Part shown: positions 25,809 through 38,240 of the stretch, piece by piece | Layout: the number at the start of each line of letters is the position of its first letter | Position numbering within the stretch: the first letter of the stretch is position 1 | NCBI RefSeq assembly: GCF_963921235.1 | Contig: NC_086097.1 | Span: 131,008,001-131,072,000 of the forward strand | Reading direction: 5' to 3' | Length of the DNA: 64,000 nucleotides | Origin: Mobula hypostoma | Taxonomy: Eukaryota | Program-made: the position numbers and the translations under genes | The notes under the pieces: generated by a model | The model's input: the letters and a program-made list of their open reading frames with translations, nothing else | What the model was told of the DNA's origin: nothing | Databases searched by the model: none

Positions 25809-27586
25809 TTAGGGTGGTGGAGGTAAAGGAGACTGGGGTGTCATCTCATCGTAGTCTGTTTCCAATAGGGTAGCCAGGTCATCATCTTCTATGTCTGCCT
25901 GCCTCAATGTCGAAGGTCGAGGTTCGTCGTTTGCTGTGGCTGATGTGCAAGACTTGAAAAACGGCAGTATACTTGACTGTTGAGCCTCGCACATTTTTCT
26001 ATCATACAGTTCTTCGTAAGCACTCAAAACATCCTGCAAACCTGCCCTAAACCTACGTGCCCTTTCAAAATTAAAGTCATACTTTTCTGCAATCATTGCA
26101 GCGAAAATCTCAAACAACCGCTTCATGTTCAGTACCTGGACGACTTCATTTTCACTACTGCGTTTGGTTTCGATTGTTAATCTTTCCTCTTGCAATTGCA
26201 TCAGCTCTTCATCTGTCAATTCCTGGTCATGGGATGCCAAAACCTCCTCAACATCATCTTCGTCAACTTCCACAAACCCAGCCTCCTTAGCCAAGCTTAC
26301 TATTGTCGTATTTATTGTTGATGGTTCGAAGCCTTTAAAATCGTTCACTGCTTCGGGACACAGTTTCTTCCAAACGCCATTTCTCATCGAGACTGTTAGC
26401 CTATTGAGAGCATCTCCAATGTTGACGATTGCCAGTTTTACATTTGTAGACTTTCCACATCTCTTGCAAAGATGCTTCAGAGTTGCCCTCTGTCAACAGC
26501 ACTTACAATAAAATCCATCACATTTTGCGTATAGTAAGCCTTAATTGTGGCTATTAGGCCTTGGTCACACGGCTGCAGCAACGATATCGTATTCGGCAGT
26601 AAGAACGTAACACGAATGTTACTGCCATACTCAGTAATGGCAGGCGAATGAGCAGCACAATTATCAACAATCACAAGACACAAGGTTATTTTCTCTAGAG
26701 TATTTTTCAACGAAAGGACTAATGTATCTGCTCATGTACTCAGAAAAAAGCACTTGGGTGTTCCAACTGCTTGGATGTGAACGGAACACAACAGGAAGTG
26801 TTTTCTTATCGACGCCTTTTAAGTGCCCTCGGATTTTCTGAATGGTACACTAGTAGAGGCTTAAGGACAGCATCACCAGTGGCGTTAATAATAGGCATTA
26901 GGGTAAACCTGTTCTTCGATGCCTTGTGTCCCTTAGCCTGCTTTTCTTCTTTCAAAATAAATGTCTTACTCGCAATTTTTTCCAATAAATTGCAGTTTCG
27001 TCACAGTTAAACACTTGCTTATAAGAATAACCACCTTCTGTAATTATTTTCTTCAGTTCTGCTGGAAACCTGTCAGCAGCTTCAGTGTCAGCCGAAGCAC
27101 TCTCTCCAGTAAACGTTAAACTATGAAGCTGCCCTCGCCTCAGAAACCAATCAAACCACCCGTGACTATCTTTAAATTCCACTTTCGCAACACTTTCATC
27201 ACCATCAGCCAGTGCTTTCTGTTTCAGCTTATTAAAAAGACTGACTGATTTCTCCTTAAGTACAAGATAAGTTAAAGGAACACCACGTTTTGTACACCCA
27301 TCAATCCACTCAAGCAATAGACTTTCCATTTTATCCATTACTGTACTGGATGCCGACTAAGAGAGACCACTTTGCTACGAGCAGAACCAACAGTAACATC
27401 GCCAGCTTTCAACATTTTTTCTCCCTGCGTATAAATAGTGCGAATGGTGGATGCAGGCAAGTTCAACGCGTGGACAATGTCCTTGCTTCGTTCACCACGA
27501 TCGAAACGCTTAATTATGTCTAGTTTTACGCAAAGTGTAACACCCTTACGAGCTCTTTTAGGCTTTTCGGATACTTTAGAACTCAT
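25809..27586 (-). pseudogene. Tigger/pogo transposase (psq HTH, CENP-B HTH, DDD domain), frameshifted
   Basis: MSSKVSEKPKRARKGVTLCVKLDIIKRFDRGE, FKDSHGWFDWFLRR, QVFNCDETAIYWK, IVDNCAAHS, LPNTISLLQPCDQGLIATIKAYY, acidic tail. Split over several frames. Confidence 0.92.
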
Positions 27587-30031
27587 CTTGCTAACGGACG
27601 CACAAAATAAATCGAGATAAAACACGTGTTTAAGCAATGGTGGCTAGAATGCAGTTCCGGGGGAGGAGCTTGACTGCTCGGGGCAACCGCTGCTTTTTTT
27701 CGCACGCCGGCATTTTTTTCCGCACACCTGCATTTTTTTCGCACACCGCCATTTTTCATAACAGTGAAAAAACCTTCTGTTAGCGCAAACAGGGTACAAA
27801 TGTAGTTCTTTCGTAACAGTGAGGTTTCGTAAAGCGAATGTTCAAAAAGCGGGGGACACCTGTAATCGGGGTGGGGGGGAGGAGAATGACACAGTCCTGC
27901 ATCAAACACTATTTTGCTTGTTTAATTTTCTGATATTAGAGATTTTTAATATCAAAAATTATTCCAAAACTCTGCTTCCTAACTATTCTACATAAGTAAA
28001 TGAAGTAGAAATTTGAAGCTTCCTACATGTAATGCTTTTGTGACAATGTTAATTATGGCTGCTTTACAATCAAGATATCTTCCAAGGAGACTGGCAGGGT
28101 AACAGCATGATTCTATCCTGGAAAATAGGCACCAGATTGGCTACATTTTCATGTTTGATTTCTAAGTATTGGTCCGAAAGGAAATCCCTGGCAACTGCTC
28201 CAAGACAATCACTGCTTTTGTTGCAACACTATTATCAATAACAACATCACACAGCTTGTTAACTTATTCACAAAGTTCACATCCCATTCCAAACCCTAGC
28301 TGATTAAATACATGTTAAATTCAATCCATCAAAGTAAATTAGACATAGGTTTTTGAAACAAATGTACACCACAGCATCTTTTGCCAGAGACACTTCCACC
28401 TCTATCAGTATTTTTTTTTAAAAACTACAATTCCTCAACTTTCAAATTAAACTAATAGGTACTTCAAATAAAAACTTAACTAGCAATGGAAGAGACTGGT
28501 GATGATTGGGCATTGGGAATAAAGATCCTAACTGTGAAGAGCAACCTTTTTAAAGTCCTGATACATTTAAACAACCTTAGCTGTATCTGCATTATACTGT
28601 TGAGAAAACATTATGATTAGTGTATGGTATAAAAATATAATAAAGGTGTTTCATATAGTGATTAAATCTAATTGAAACCAAAAGATTCAAGTGTTTGGGT
28701 GTTTCAATGCAATTATTCATTACTTAATTTAATTAAGCTTTAAGGATGCACCTGAAATGAGTGATAATTACACTGCCGAGATCAAACATAATTTCTCATT
28801 CACCTTAATATTTAACAAATCTGGAAAGTTAACTGGAATCTGAGACAGTGACCATACCTTTCAATAACTAACAGTTAATTAGCATTGGAAACATTGATTA
28901 CCAATTATAACCAATCTCAATTTAGAAGATATTTCCATGGATGACCCAGGAGAAAGTGGAATTCGGGAGGAGGGGGGCGGTGGTGTGGGGAGGAAGGGAC
29001 AGTTGTGTTCCCAAAATGGTGTCTCAATGACCTTCGAGAAACCATGTAACAATCCACACAGTAGATCAGCAAAACTGACTGACAGAGTAAATGCATAATC
29101 AATGCAGACTCGTTGCATGGGTTAGTGATTAGTTTGTACAGGTTAGAATGAAGGGATGAAACCCATATTCTTCAATTGGTCAAGGTGTGATAAATGAGAT
29201 CCACAGGGATCTGTATTCTGGCTTCAACTCTTCATTCAATGTACTTGGACATAAGGGTGTTTGTTCTTTAATGGTTCAATGATTCTGTGAAATATTGAAA
29301 GTTTACAGTTTATGCTAAATTGAAGTATTTTCTTACAAAAAAAAAGGAAATTAAAATAATTTAGGTATGCATGTATACAATTACTACTACCAAAGGTTAT
29401 TAAGGTAAACTAAAGGCTGACTTCACCATTTTCTCAGGAATGCAATAGGACTACCACTGAGATCAATACTGAATTTTTTAAGAAACATCTTCTGAAAGGT
29501 TATAAACAAAAAACAATATTTGAATATGGAAACAAAAAGCTTGATTTTTTTTTCTTTTCTAGCTCCAGTCTTCCTAGTCAAAATCTGCTCTGAATCACAT
29601 TTCTCAATATCATTGTTCTGCGGGAACTACAGCACAGAATCAGGCTTTTGGACTAAACCAGTTATGTATTTATTCAGTACTTGAATAGCCCATTCTGTTT
29701 TGCAATATTCTTAGCTCCTTCGCATCAATGAAGCATTTGTAAAAGGCTGTTGCCTGTTTTTAATCACTAACTTAAAGGGATCTCAAGAGGAGAAGAAACC
29801 CCATGAACAATCACAAGTCTTACATTTGACTGTATGGTAATGGTCCTATCATTTCCAGGACAGGTGACCCTCCATGAGCCCTGGCCTAAAATGGACAAGC
29901 ATTTTAAAAATTATCATCATAATGAAGTATTAAGTTAAATCACAAGATATATGCCATATGAAGTTAAATCAATAAGTTAACTAGATGAATTATATCACAT
30001 ATTGACTCTCACCGGCGACGATAAAGCTTAC

Positions 30032-30205
30032 CTGGTACAGAGAAATTTCCATCCGCCAAATACAAACCATCCTAGTCCTCGCTTTTTCTGTGTAACTCTA
30101 GCTCTTGGTAATGTATGGTAGTCACTCTCATCATTTTCAAAACCTTCTTCCGACATCATCAATGGCATCTCATCTAAACTGGATGACTCATCTTCTACTT
30201 GATAC
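30032..30205 (-). CDS. ATP9B: Internal coding exon (exon 2) of probable phospholipid-transporting ATPase IIB (P4-ATPase)
   Basis: Minus strand reads ttttgaaaacAG|g tat caa gta gaa gat ... ctc tgt acc ag|GTaagc. It translates (R)[57 protein letters not shown](S), near-identical to the human ATP9B N-terminus as I recall it ([59 protein letters not shown]). Canonical AG/GT, phase 2-2, 174 nt. Not in the ORF track. Confidence 0.96.
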
Positions 30206-32090
30206 CTGTTTTCAAAAATTAAACAACATTATGCTAGCACCATCAATAAATTCTGGATGTGGTATTAATTCAAATATACTAAGGCGTTTGTAATGATTCT
30301 TGGCTACAAGACAAAGCTTTAATATTGTATTAGCTCTATGATATTCATATACATACAAGTGTAAACAATGTAATCAATACCACACTTACAAACTATATCC
30401 TTTACAGGCCCACTTTTAATTGCAATCTACATCACCTTGGTGCAGTTTGAAACAAGAAGTAGCCATCCCTTGAAATGATTCCTTCTGTTGAGGCCCCACC
30501 CCCATCACCATGACCTTCATACAAAATCACTACATCTCAGGATTTTCACTTTATGCAATTCTGCAAAAACTGGTAGAACAAATCTGAAATCCATCAACTC
30601 CAGAATTACAATTCATGGCTTTCTGTGGCCAACTGCTGGGGAGGGCAGGTCATAAGGAAATACAAACTTCTTAAGAAAACTTGAACATGTGCCCAGTGGG
30701 GCAATTTATTCCCCTTTATGCACACGTTTAACAATTCATCATTCATATAGCTCTTTCCACTGTTGTCACCCCTGATATTATTTTTGATTTTTTTTTTACT
30801 TTTTTTTCCTCTAGATGACAGATCCCATGCTACAGCTCTACAGTTTTGCAGTATGACCTGGCACAAAACATCAGTCAATTCCCTTCAATACAAGTTCAGG
30901 AATTTCATTTACTGAATACATCAAAACAATAAGGTGGTTAATAGCATGCATACTTTCCAGTAAAATAGTTCTGTGGATACAATATCAACCTCTTGAGAAA
31001 ACTCAAAATACTTTTGCTTATTCCTGTTTATATTTAAGGTTTTGTTTACCCCCATATAAAGTTGGAGTTTGTGTTTTGCACAAAATGACCATGAAAGCTG
31101 AGAGAAACCACTTTAGTCTCTTTTTTTAAAAAAATGGCCACTCCTGACTTTTCATAAAGCCCTAACCAATTTATTACATATGCATACAAGGCAAGTATTG
31201 TGAGGAATACATTGAAACCCAGTAATAAATTATTGAACACATTACACGAGGACTACAACTATCAATAAAAGTCATTAGCAATTTTGACACTAAATCATTC
31301 AGCTAAAATTTCAAAGATAGAGTTTTCTAATGAAAGGTCATCAGTCTGAAAAGTCAACACGATTTTTCTCTGCAGATGCTGCCTGACAATGATTTCAGTG
31401 ATTAAATTACTGGACTAACAATACTGAGGCACAGATTTGAACCAACCACAACAGCTGACGAACTTAAATTCAGTTAATTTAACAAATCTTAAATTAAAAT
31501 ATTAAAATTTATGAGATTTCCTGGTGGTGGCTGATGGAATAACAGCCATGTGCCATTGCTCCAACGTTAATTATCTTACTATTTCCAACCTGTCTTGATA
31601 CTTCTTTTTTAAGTGTGATATTCTTTCATTATGGGTGGAAGGAGTGCCAGAGGTACTAAAAAGGATGATTTTCCTGCCTCTTTGGATTCTATTATGGAAT
31701 TGCTGCAAAGTCATACACGAGAACCTCTGACAAGTTTCAACAATTCAGCACTGAATTTAAACAAATAGATGGTAAATTGGACTTTATCCAACAAACTCGT
31801 AATGAACACGATAAATGTATTAAAAATAATGAGGAAAATTTGTTGGCTCTGGAAACAGAAGTGGATGAATTGCAGAAGCTTTGTGAAAAGCAATCAGAAG
31901 TCCAAGGAAAGGTTAAGACAGAAGATTATCGACCTAGAAAACAGAAATAGAAGGAACAACCTACAGGTTCTGGGTCTCGAAGAATTAATCAAAGGTAACC
32001 ATCCTATGGAGTTTTTTGCAAACTTTTTGCAAGCATTATTTCCAGAGATTTTGACGTCTGTGCCTATGATCCATCGAGTTCACAGATCTC

Positions 32091-32310
32091 AAACAACAGG
32101 AATTCTGCAGATGCTGGAAATTCAAGCAACACACATAAAAGTTGCTGGTGAATGCAGCAGGCCAGGCAGCATCTCTAGGAAGAGGTGCAGTCGATATTTC
32201 AGGCCGAGATCCTTCGTCCATGGGTCTCAGCCTGAAACGTCGACTGCACCTCTTCCTACAGATGCTGCCTGGCCTGCTGCGTTCACCAGCAACTTTTATG
32301 TGTGTTGCTT
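32091..32310. mobile_element. Penelope-derived head-to-head hairpin insertion in L1 ORF1
   Basis: 15-bp TSD gagttcacagatctc (32076-32090 and 32311-32325). 89-bp arms 32124-32212 and 32222-32310 with 6 mismatches by my count; 9-nt loop inside the hammerhead region. Confidence 0.93.
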
Positions 32311-33392
32311 GAGTTCACAGATCTCCTGTGTTTAGACCTCCTAACGTTCAGAGACCAAGATCAGTAATAATCTGTTTTCAGGAATTTAAAACAAAGGAAC
32401 TCTTAATTCGCAAATGTCGTCTAAGAGGCATGATTGACTATAATGGTCGCAAGATTAGATTTGTTGAAGATTATTCGCCTGAGGTTATGCAGGAACGTGT
32501 TAAGTTCAAAGAAGTTATGTCCGAGCTTTTTAATATGGGTTTCAAACCTTCCCTTCACTACCCAGCCCGACTCAGAATCACACTTAAAAACGGTTCTTTC
32601 GAATGGTTCCGCTCGACTGTTGAAGCATAAAAGTTTTTAAAATCTGAAGGCTAACTACTTAGTTTCTCCTTACATGAAGACACAAGATTAAATGAGAAAC
32701 TTTTAATTCGCAAATCCCGTCGAAGGGGTATGATTGGTGAAAGGGTGGAATACTAAGATTCTCAAAAGATTATTCGCTTGAGGTTATACAGGAATGTGCT
32801 AAATTTAAACAAGCTCTGCTGGAATTTTTTTAACAAGAGTTTTAACCCATCCTTTGGCTACCCAGTTTGACTGAGAATCTCATTAAAGATGGATCCTTCG
32901 AATGATTTCATTTGAATGCTGAAGCACAAAGATTATTTTAATTTGAAGGCTAATTACTTAGTCTGTTTTTCCACGAAGATATAAGATTAATGTTCAATGC
33001 CTATCTGTATGAATAATTGTATCTTTTACTTTTGGTAAACCTTTCTAACTAATTTCCTTTAGTATTTTTTAATACTGTATTTTTTATATACGAGAATTGA
33101 ATCTCTTGTTTGGGTATTGTTTAGTCTGGGCTGGAATATAAATAACCTTGAAACTAATTGGAGCAATCACCAGGTTTTTTGGGGGGGTTGTCCATAGTTT
33201 GTAGATGCTGACTTTCTATTGGTCGGTTTTATTTCTTTGGGAGGTGGGTGGTGTTATGGTTTCAAAGCTGCTTTCAAATTTTTAGCCAACTTGTTGCTTG
33301 GTTACCATTTCTCAAGGTTTATGGCTTGGTTTTTAACTTACATTTTAATCCTTCCTTTAAGTACTATTAAAAATGGACCAAACTATTAATTT

Positions 33393-33531
33393 TAAACAAA
33401 AACAACAGGAATTCTGCAGATGCTGGAAATTCAAGCAACATACATCAAAGTTGCTGGTGAACGCAGCAGGCCAAGCAGCATCTATAGGAAGAGGCGCAGT
33501 CGACGTTTCAGGCCGAGACCCTTCGTCAGGA
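33393..33531 (-). mobile_element. 139-bp Penelope 3'-end unit (hammerhead + tail) inserted just after the L1 ORF2 start
   Basis: 14-bp TSD caaactattaattt (33379-33392 and 33532-33545). Confidence 0.92.
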
Positions 33532-33532
33532 C
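33499..33532 (-). ncRNA. Minimal type I hammerhead ribozyme motif (intact core), same strand as ATP9B pre-mRNA
   Basis: Minus strand GUC-CUGACGA-A-GGGU(CUCG)GCCU-GAAAC-GUC-GAC. Stem I is only 3 bp. Confidence 0.75.
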
Positions 33533-36500
33533 AAACTATTAATTTACTCAGTTTTAACATGAAAGGGTTAAATCACCCTGTTAAACATAATAAGATTTTT
33601 GCTTATATTAAGAAATTTAAGGTCCTTTTTTTTTAATACAAGCAACTCACATATGCAAATGTGATAATCCACATTTTTTTTAGCTGTTGGAACAGACTTT
33701 GTTTTCACTCTTCTTTTCAGGCCAAAGCTAGAGGAGTTTCCATTCTTATAGATAATATATTTTCTTTTGTCCAACATAGTGTCTGATACTAATGGATGTT
33801 TTGTTATAGTTTCAGGAAAACTAGATAATAAATTAATAGTATTTGCCAATGTGTATGCCCCAAATATAGATGACCCAGGATTCTTTGATCACTTTTTTTC
33901 TGTTTTCACCAGATCTGAATCTTTATTCTTTGGTGATGGGAGGAGATTTTAACTGTTGGTTAGACCCCATTTTAAAACAATCATCTTCTAAACCAGCGTC
34001 TCTTAATAAATCAGCTTTGTTTATTCAATCCTTTTTATTGAAGTGTGGTATAGTTGATGTTTGGCATTTTTTACATCTTTAGATAGGGAGTATTCATTTT
34101 TTTTCCTATGTTCATCGCACATATTCCAGGATTGATTTTTTTTTTACATCGATAGTCAAATGATTTCATCAGTTCGTTCCTGTGAATATAAAGAGATTGC
34201 TGTTTCAGATCATGCTCCTATATTTTTATCTTTAAAACTCCCTGGTCTTCTTCAAACCAACAGATTTTGGCGTTTTAATACAACTTGGTTATCTGATAAG
34301 GAATTTTTTAAATTTCCACAGAGGCATATTATTTTATGTTTTGAAGAGAATAAAAAGAAAGAGACTTCTAATCTTATTGTACGGGATACTTTCAAGGCCT
34401 ATATTAGAGGACAAATTATTTCTTATACTGCGAGTGTCAAGAATAAAGCTAATAAAGAAAGAAATGAATTGGCCAATCATTTAAAACAATTAGATCAAAA
34501 ATATGCTCTCGCTCCAGATCCTGTTTTATATAAAAGACGTGTTGAAGTTAAAACTAAATATGATCTTCTGTTAACATATCCAATTGAAACTCAACTTTTT
34601 ACAGATAAAACTCAATTTTACATTAATCATTTTACATAACTCAGGCAAAGTATTGGCCAACCAATTAAAAACTTCTGTAGTTAAACGACAAATTAAAGAA
34701 ATTTACAATACTAATGGTGATAGGACAACTGATTACTCTGAAATAAATGATACCTTTAGAGAATTCTGTTCTAAACTTTATAGTTCTGATTCCCCTAAAG
34801 ATAATACTGTAATGAATAATTTTCTAGAACAATTAAATATCCCTGCACTTTCTGCAGATAATTGCAAACAGATGGATCAACCCATTTCTTATGAGGAAAT
34901 CGCCAAGGCTATACGTTCATTACACTTGGGGAAGGCTACGGGTCCAGATGGATCTTCTGGAGAATTTTATAAGGCTTTTTCTTCATTAATTAAACCGCAG
35001 TTACACATAGTTTTTTTGGATTCTTTCAAATTGGTAGTTTGCCTCAATCTTTTTATGAAGCTTCTATTTCACTTATCCTAAAAAAGAACAAAGATCCAAC
35101 TGAATGCTCTTCATAGAGGCCAATTTCATTACTTAATGTAGATACTAAAATTCTTTCTAAAGTTCTGGCTTGTAGGATTGAAAATATTTTACCTTCTATT
35201 ATTTCTGATCAACAGACTAGATTTATTAAAAACCAACATTCCCATTTTAATATACGCCATGTATTAAATGTTACTTACCCTCCTTCTCAGGAGATATCGG
35301 AATGTGTGATATTCCTGAGATGCTGAGAAGGCCTTCGATCGGGTTGAATAGATTTATTTAAAACCTTAGAAAAATTTCATTTTGGACTAGATTTAATTCA
35401 ATGGATTAAATTACTTTATTTATCTCCTTCTGCTCGGGTTCTTACTAATTTTCAAAATTCCAAACTATTTAAACTTCACCACAGAACTAGACAAGGCTGT
35501 CCGTTGAGTCCCTTACTTTTTGATTTAGCTTTAGAACCCCTTGCCATTGCTTTGCGAGAATCTAATGATATCTGTGGCATTTTAAGGAGAGGTATCACCC
35601 ACAAAATCTCGCTTTACGCTGATGATATATTGATTTTTATCTCTAATGTTGAGACCTAGTTACCTTGTGTACTTTCTTTACTTTACCGTTTTAGCCAATT
35701 TTCAGGATATAAATTGAACCTACATAAGAGTGAATTATTTCCTTTAAATAATTTGGTATCAATTAATACTAATCTCCCTTTTAAAACTGTAAGGAATCAA
35801 TTTACTTATTGGGTGTAACAATCACGAAGAATTACAAACATCTGTTTAAAGAAAACTTTCTTACTTTATTGAACCATGTAAAAAAGATATTATTAAATTG
35901 GTCACCTCTTTCAATATTGTTGATTGGATGAATTAATTCTATTAAAATGAATATTCTACCTAAATTTATATATGTTTTTCAGGCTTTACCCGTTTTTATT
36001 CCTAGATCCTTTTTTGACTCTCTTGAATCTATTTTATCCTCCTATATATGGAAAAATAAACGTCCTTGTTTAAAGTTCATCTTCAAAAATCTAAAAAGTC
36101 TGGAGGTTTAGCCTTACATAATTTTAGGTTTTATTACTGGGCAGTTAATATACGATATCTTACGTCTTGGCTATATTATATTAATCGTGTAGACTGTCCA
36201 GTATGGGTTTCAGAAGCTAATTCTGTCAATAAATTTTCTATTATTTCTCTTCTTGGACCCTTACTTCCTTTATTTGTAAGTAAATTAACTGATAATTTAA
36301 TAGTTAAACATACTCTGAGGATCTGGATACAATTTAGAAAACATCTTAGTTTATTGAGATTTTCCCTTTCTACTCCCATTTATTCTAATTTTTTTTAAAC
36401 CCTCCATGACTGATTTAGTCTTTAAAGAATGGGACAGGTTGGGTATTAAGTGTTTTTGGGATCTGTTTGTTGGAGGAAATCTTTTTTCATTTGAGCAATT

Positions 36501-37789
36501 GTCAGCTAAATATAGCCTACCCAAAACTCATTTTTTTTTTTAGATCTCTACAAATCAGAGACTTTCTAAGATCTCAATTATGCACATTTCCTATAAGCTC
36601 AGATAAGAACATACTAGACATAATTTTTTAAATTTGACACCTTTTTATAATGGTTCAATATCTAATATTTATGGTATGTTACTGGAGACCAGGAATGTTC
36701 CTTCAGACAAAATTAAGAATCTCTGGGAACAAGATTTACAGACATCAATATCTGAGGAAACTTGGAATGAAATTTTTAAACTGGTTAATACTTCATCGCT
36801 ATGTGCTCGCCATTCCTTCATACACCTTCATACAATTTAAGGTGGTACAGAGAGTCCATATGACTAAAGATAAGCTAACTCGTTTTTATTCGGATATATC
36901 TCCCTACTGTGACAGATGCAATAATGGAGAAGCTTCATTAATTCGTATGCTTTGGACTTGTCCATGTCTTGTAAAATATTGGAAGGAAGTTTTTCAAACT
37001 TTTTCTTTACTTTTCAAAGTCAATTTTAAGCCTAATCCTCTGATGGCCCTATTCGGTATTGTTGCAGGACAAGATATCAAGTTGAAGACATCTGATTTAC
37101 ATATTTTGGCCTTTAGCTCTCTTATAGCTAGGAGGGCGCTTTTGTTTAAATGGAAAGATTTTTCTCCTTCTACTCATGCTCAATGGTTATGCGACGTTAT
37201 GTCATGCTTAGATTTAGAGAAGATTCGCTGTTCAATTTCTGAATCTCGTCAAGACTTTCAAACATTGTGGGGACCCTTTCTGAATTATTTTCAAAACCCT
37301 CAATTCGTTGTTTAAATTTAGATGTTGGCTATTATTAATTTTTATTATACGAGAAGGTATTTTATCTTTTTTTCTCCTTAATAAACAGCTTCAGTCTTGG
37401 TAGGGGTTAGACTCTTTTTTTTGTAATAAATTAGTATATTTCAATATAACTTTGACTAACCTATATAAATACGGGGTAATGAGATTGTTATTATGAATAG
37501 ATATACTATAATGTAATTGGTAGTTGCTTTTTTCGACATTATATATACTTTCTTGTATTCTGTATTCTTCTATCTAGAAACTAATAAAAATATTGAAAGA
37601 GAATTTACAATGATGATGGAACTGCTAGGCTATCATAAAAACATGTCATTGCAACAAAAACAACTTCCATTTTCCAATTTATCCACATGCCAGGTAGATT
37701 GGCCACTTACAAATTATCCCTAGTATGGGGATGGTAGGAGAATCAGAGAAATAGATGTGTGAGAGATAATAGTTTATGGGAAGGTTGTC

Positions 37790-38240
37790 AAAACTGTTGA
37801 ACATATGACCAACACCAGCTTACCTGACATCAAAAATATATGTACAGAAAGGTGCCAGCAATATCATGAATTATCCCACCCACCCTGCCCATGGACTGCC
37901 TATCCCACTCACGTCAGAGGCATGGCTATAGAATCAACACCAGGACCAAAAGACTTAAGAATAGTTACTTTTCCCAAGCAGCAAGGCTGATCAACACCTC
38001 TACCCACTAACCCAACACACCATCCACCACCATAACTTTATCATTTACTGTCTATCACCTAAGGTACAGAAACTCATGTACCTAGCATTACTTTCTGTAT
38101 ATAAGCTATTGTATGTATTTATATTTATGTGTTCTTTATCTTATGTTTATTTTTGTGCTGCATCGGATCAGGAGTAACAATTACTTCATTCTCCTTTATA
38201 CTTATGTACTAAAAATTACATCAGAGAATCTTAAATATTG
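37790..38240 (+). mobile_element. Rex1/Babar-type LINE 3' end
   Basis: TSLPDIKNICTERC...HPPCP-like RT tail and T-rich 3' UTR. Confidence 0.6.

Larger units (their letters stand above)
24954..27862 (-). mobile_element. Tigger/pogo DNA transposon, full length (2909 bp), transposase disrupted
   Basis: TA at 24952-24953 and 27863-27864. TIRs CAGGT(T/G)TCCCCCGC with further subterminal similarity. Confidence 0.95.
31515..37600 (+). mobile_element. Near-full-length L1/Tx1-clade LINE (~6.1 kb), decayed
   Basis: ORF1 from ATG 31631 (IIDLENRNRRNNLQVLGLEE, RPRSVIICF, IRFVEDYSPEV, LHYPARLRIT). ORF2 from ATG 33373 (LLSFNMKGLNHPVK, GGDFN, VSDHAP, GPDG, TRQGCPLSPLLF, KISLYADD, CDRC...WTCP, CLDLEKIR). AATAAA near 37583. 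Confidence 0.94.

Noticed and set aside
25809..27586. Domesticated TIGD/CENP-B-like gene
   Set aside because: Multiple frameshifts plus intact TIRs and TA duplication indicate a dead transposon copy.
31325..31390. Additional hammerhead (also remnants near 17125-17210, 17690-17755, 49070-49150 and 59445-59545)
   Set aside because: Old Penelope tail remnants with broken or missing cores (e.g. CUAAUGA...GAAAAGUC); not credible ribozymes.
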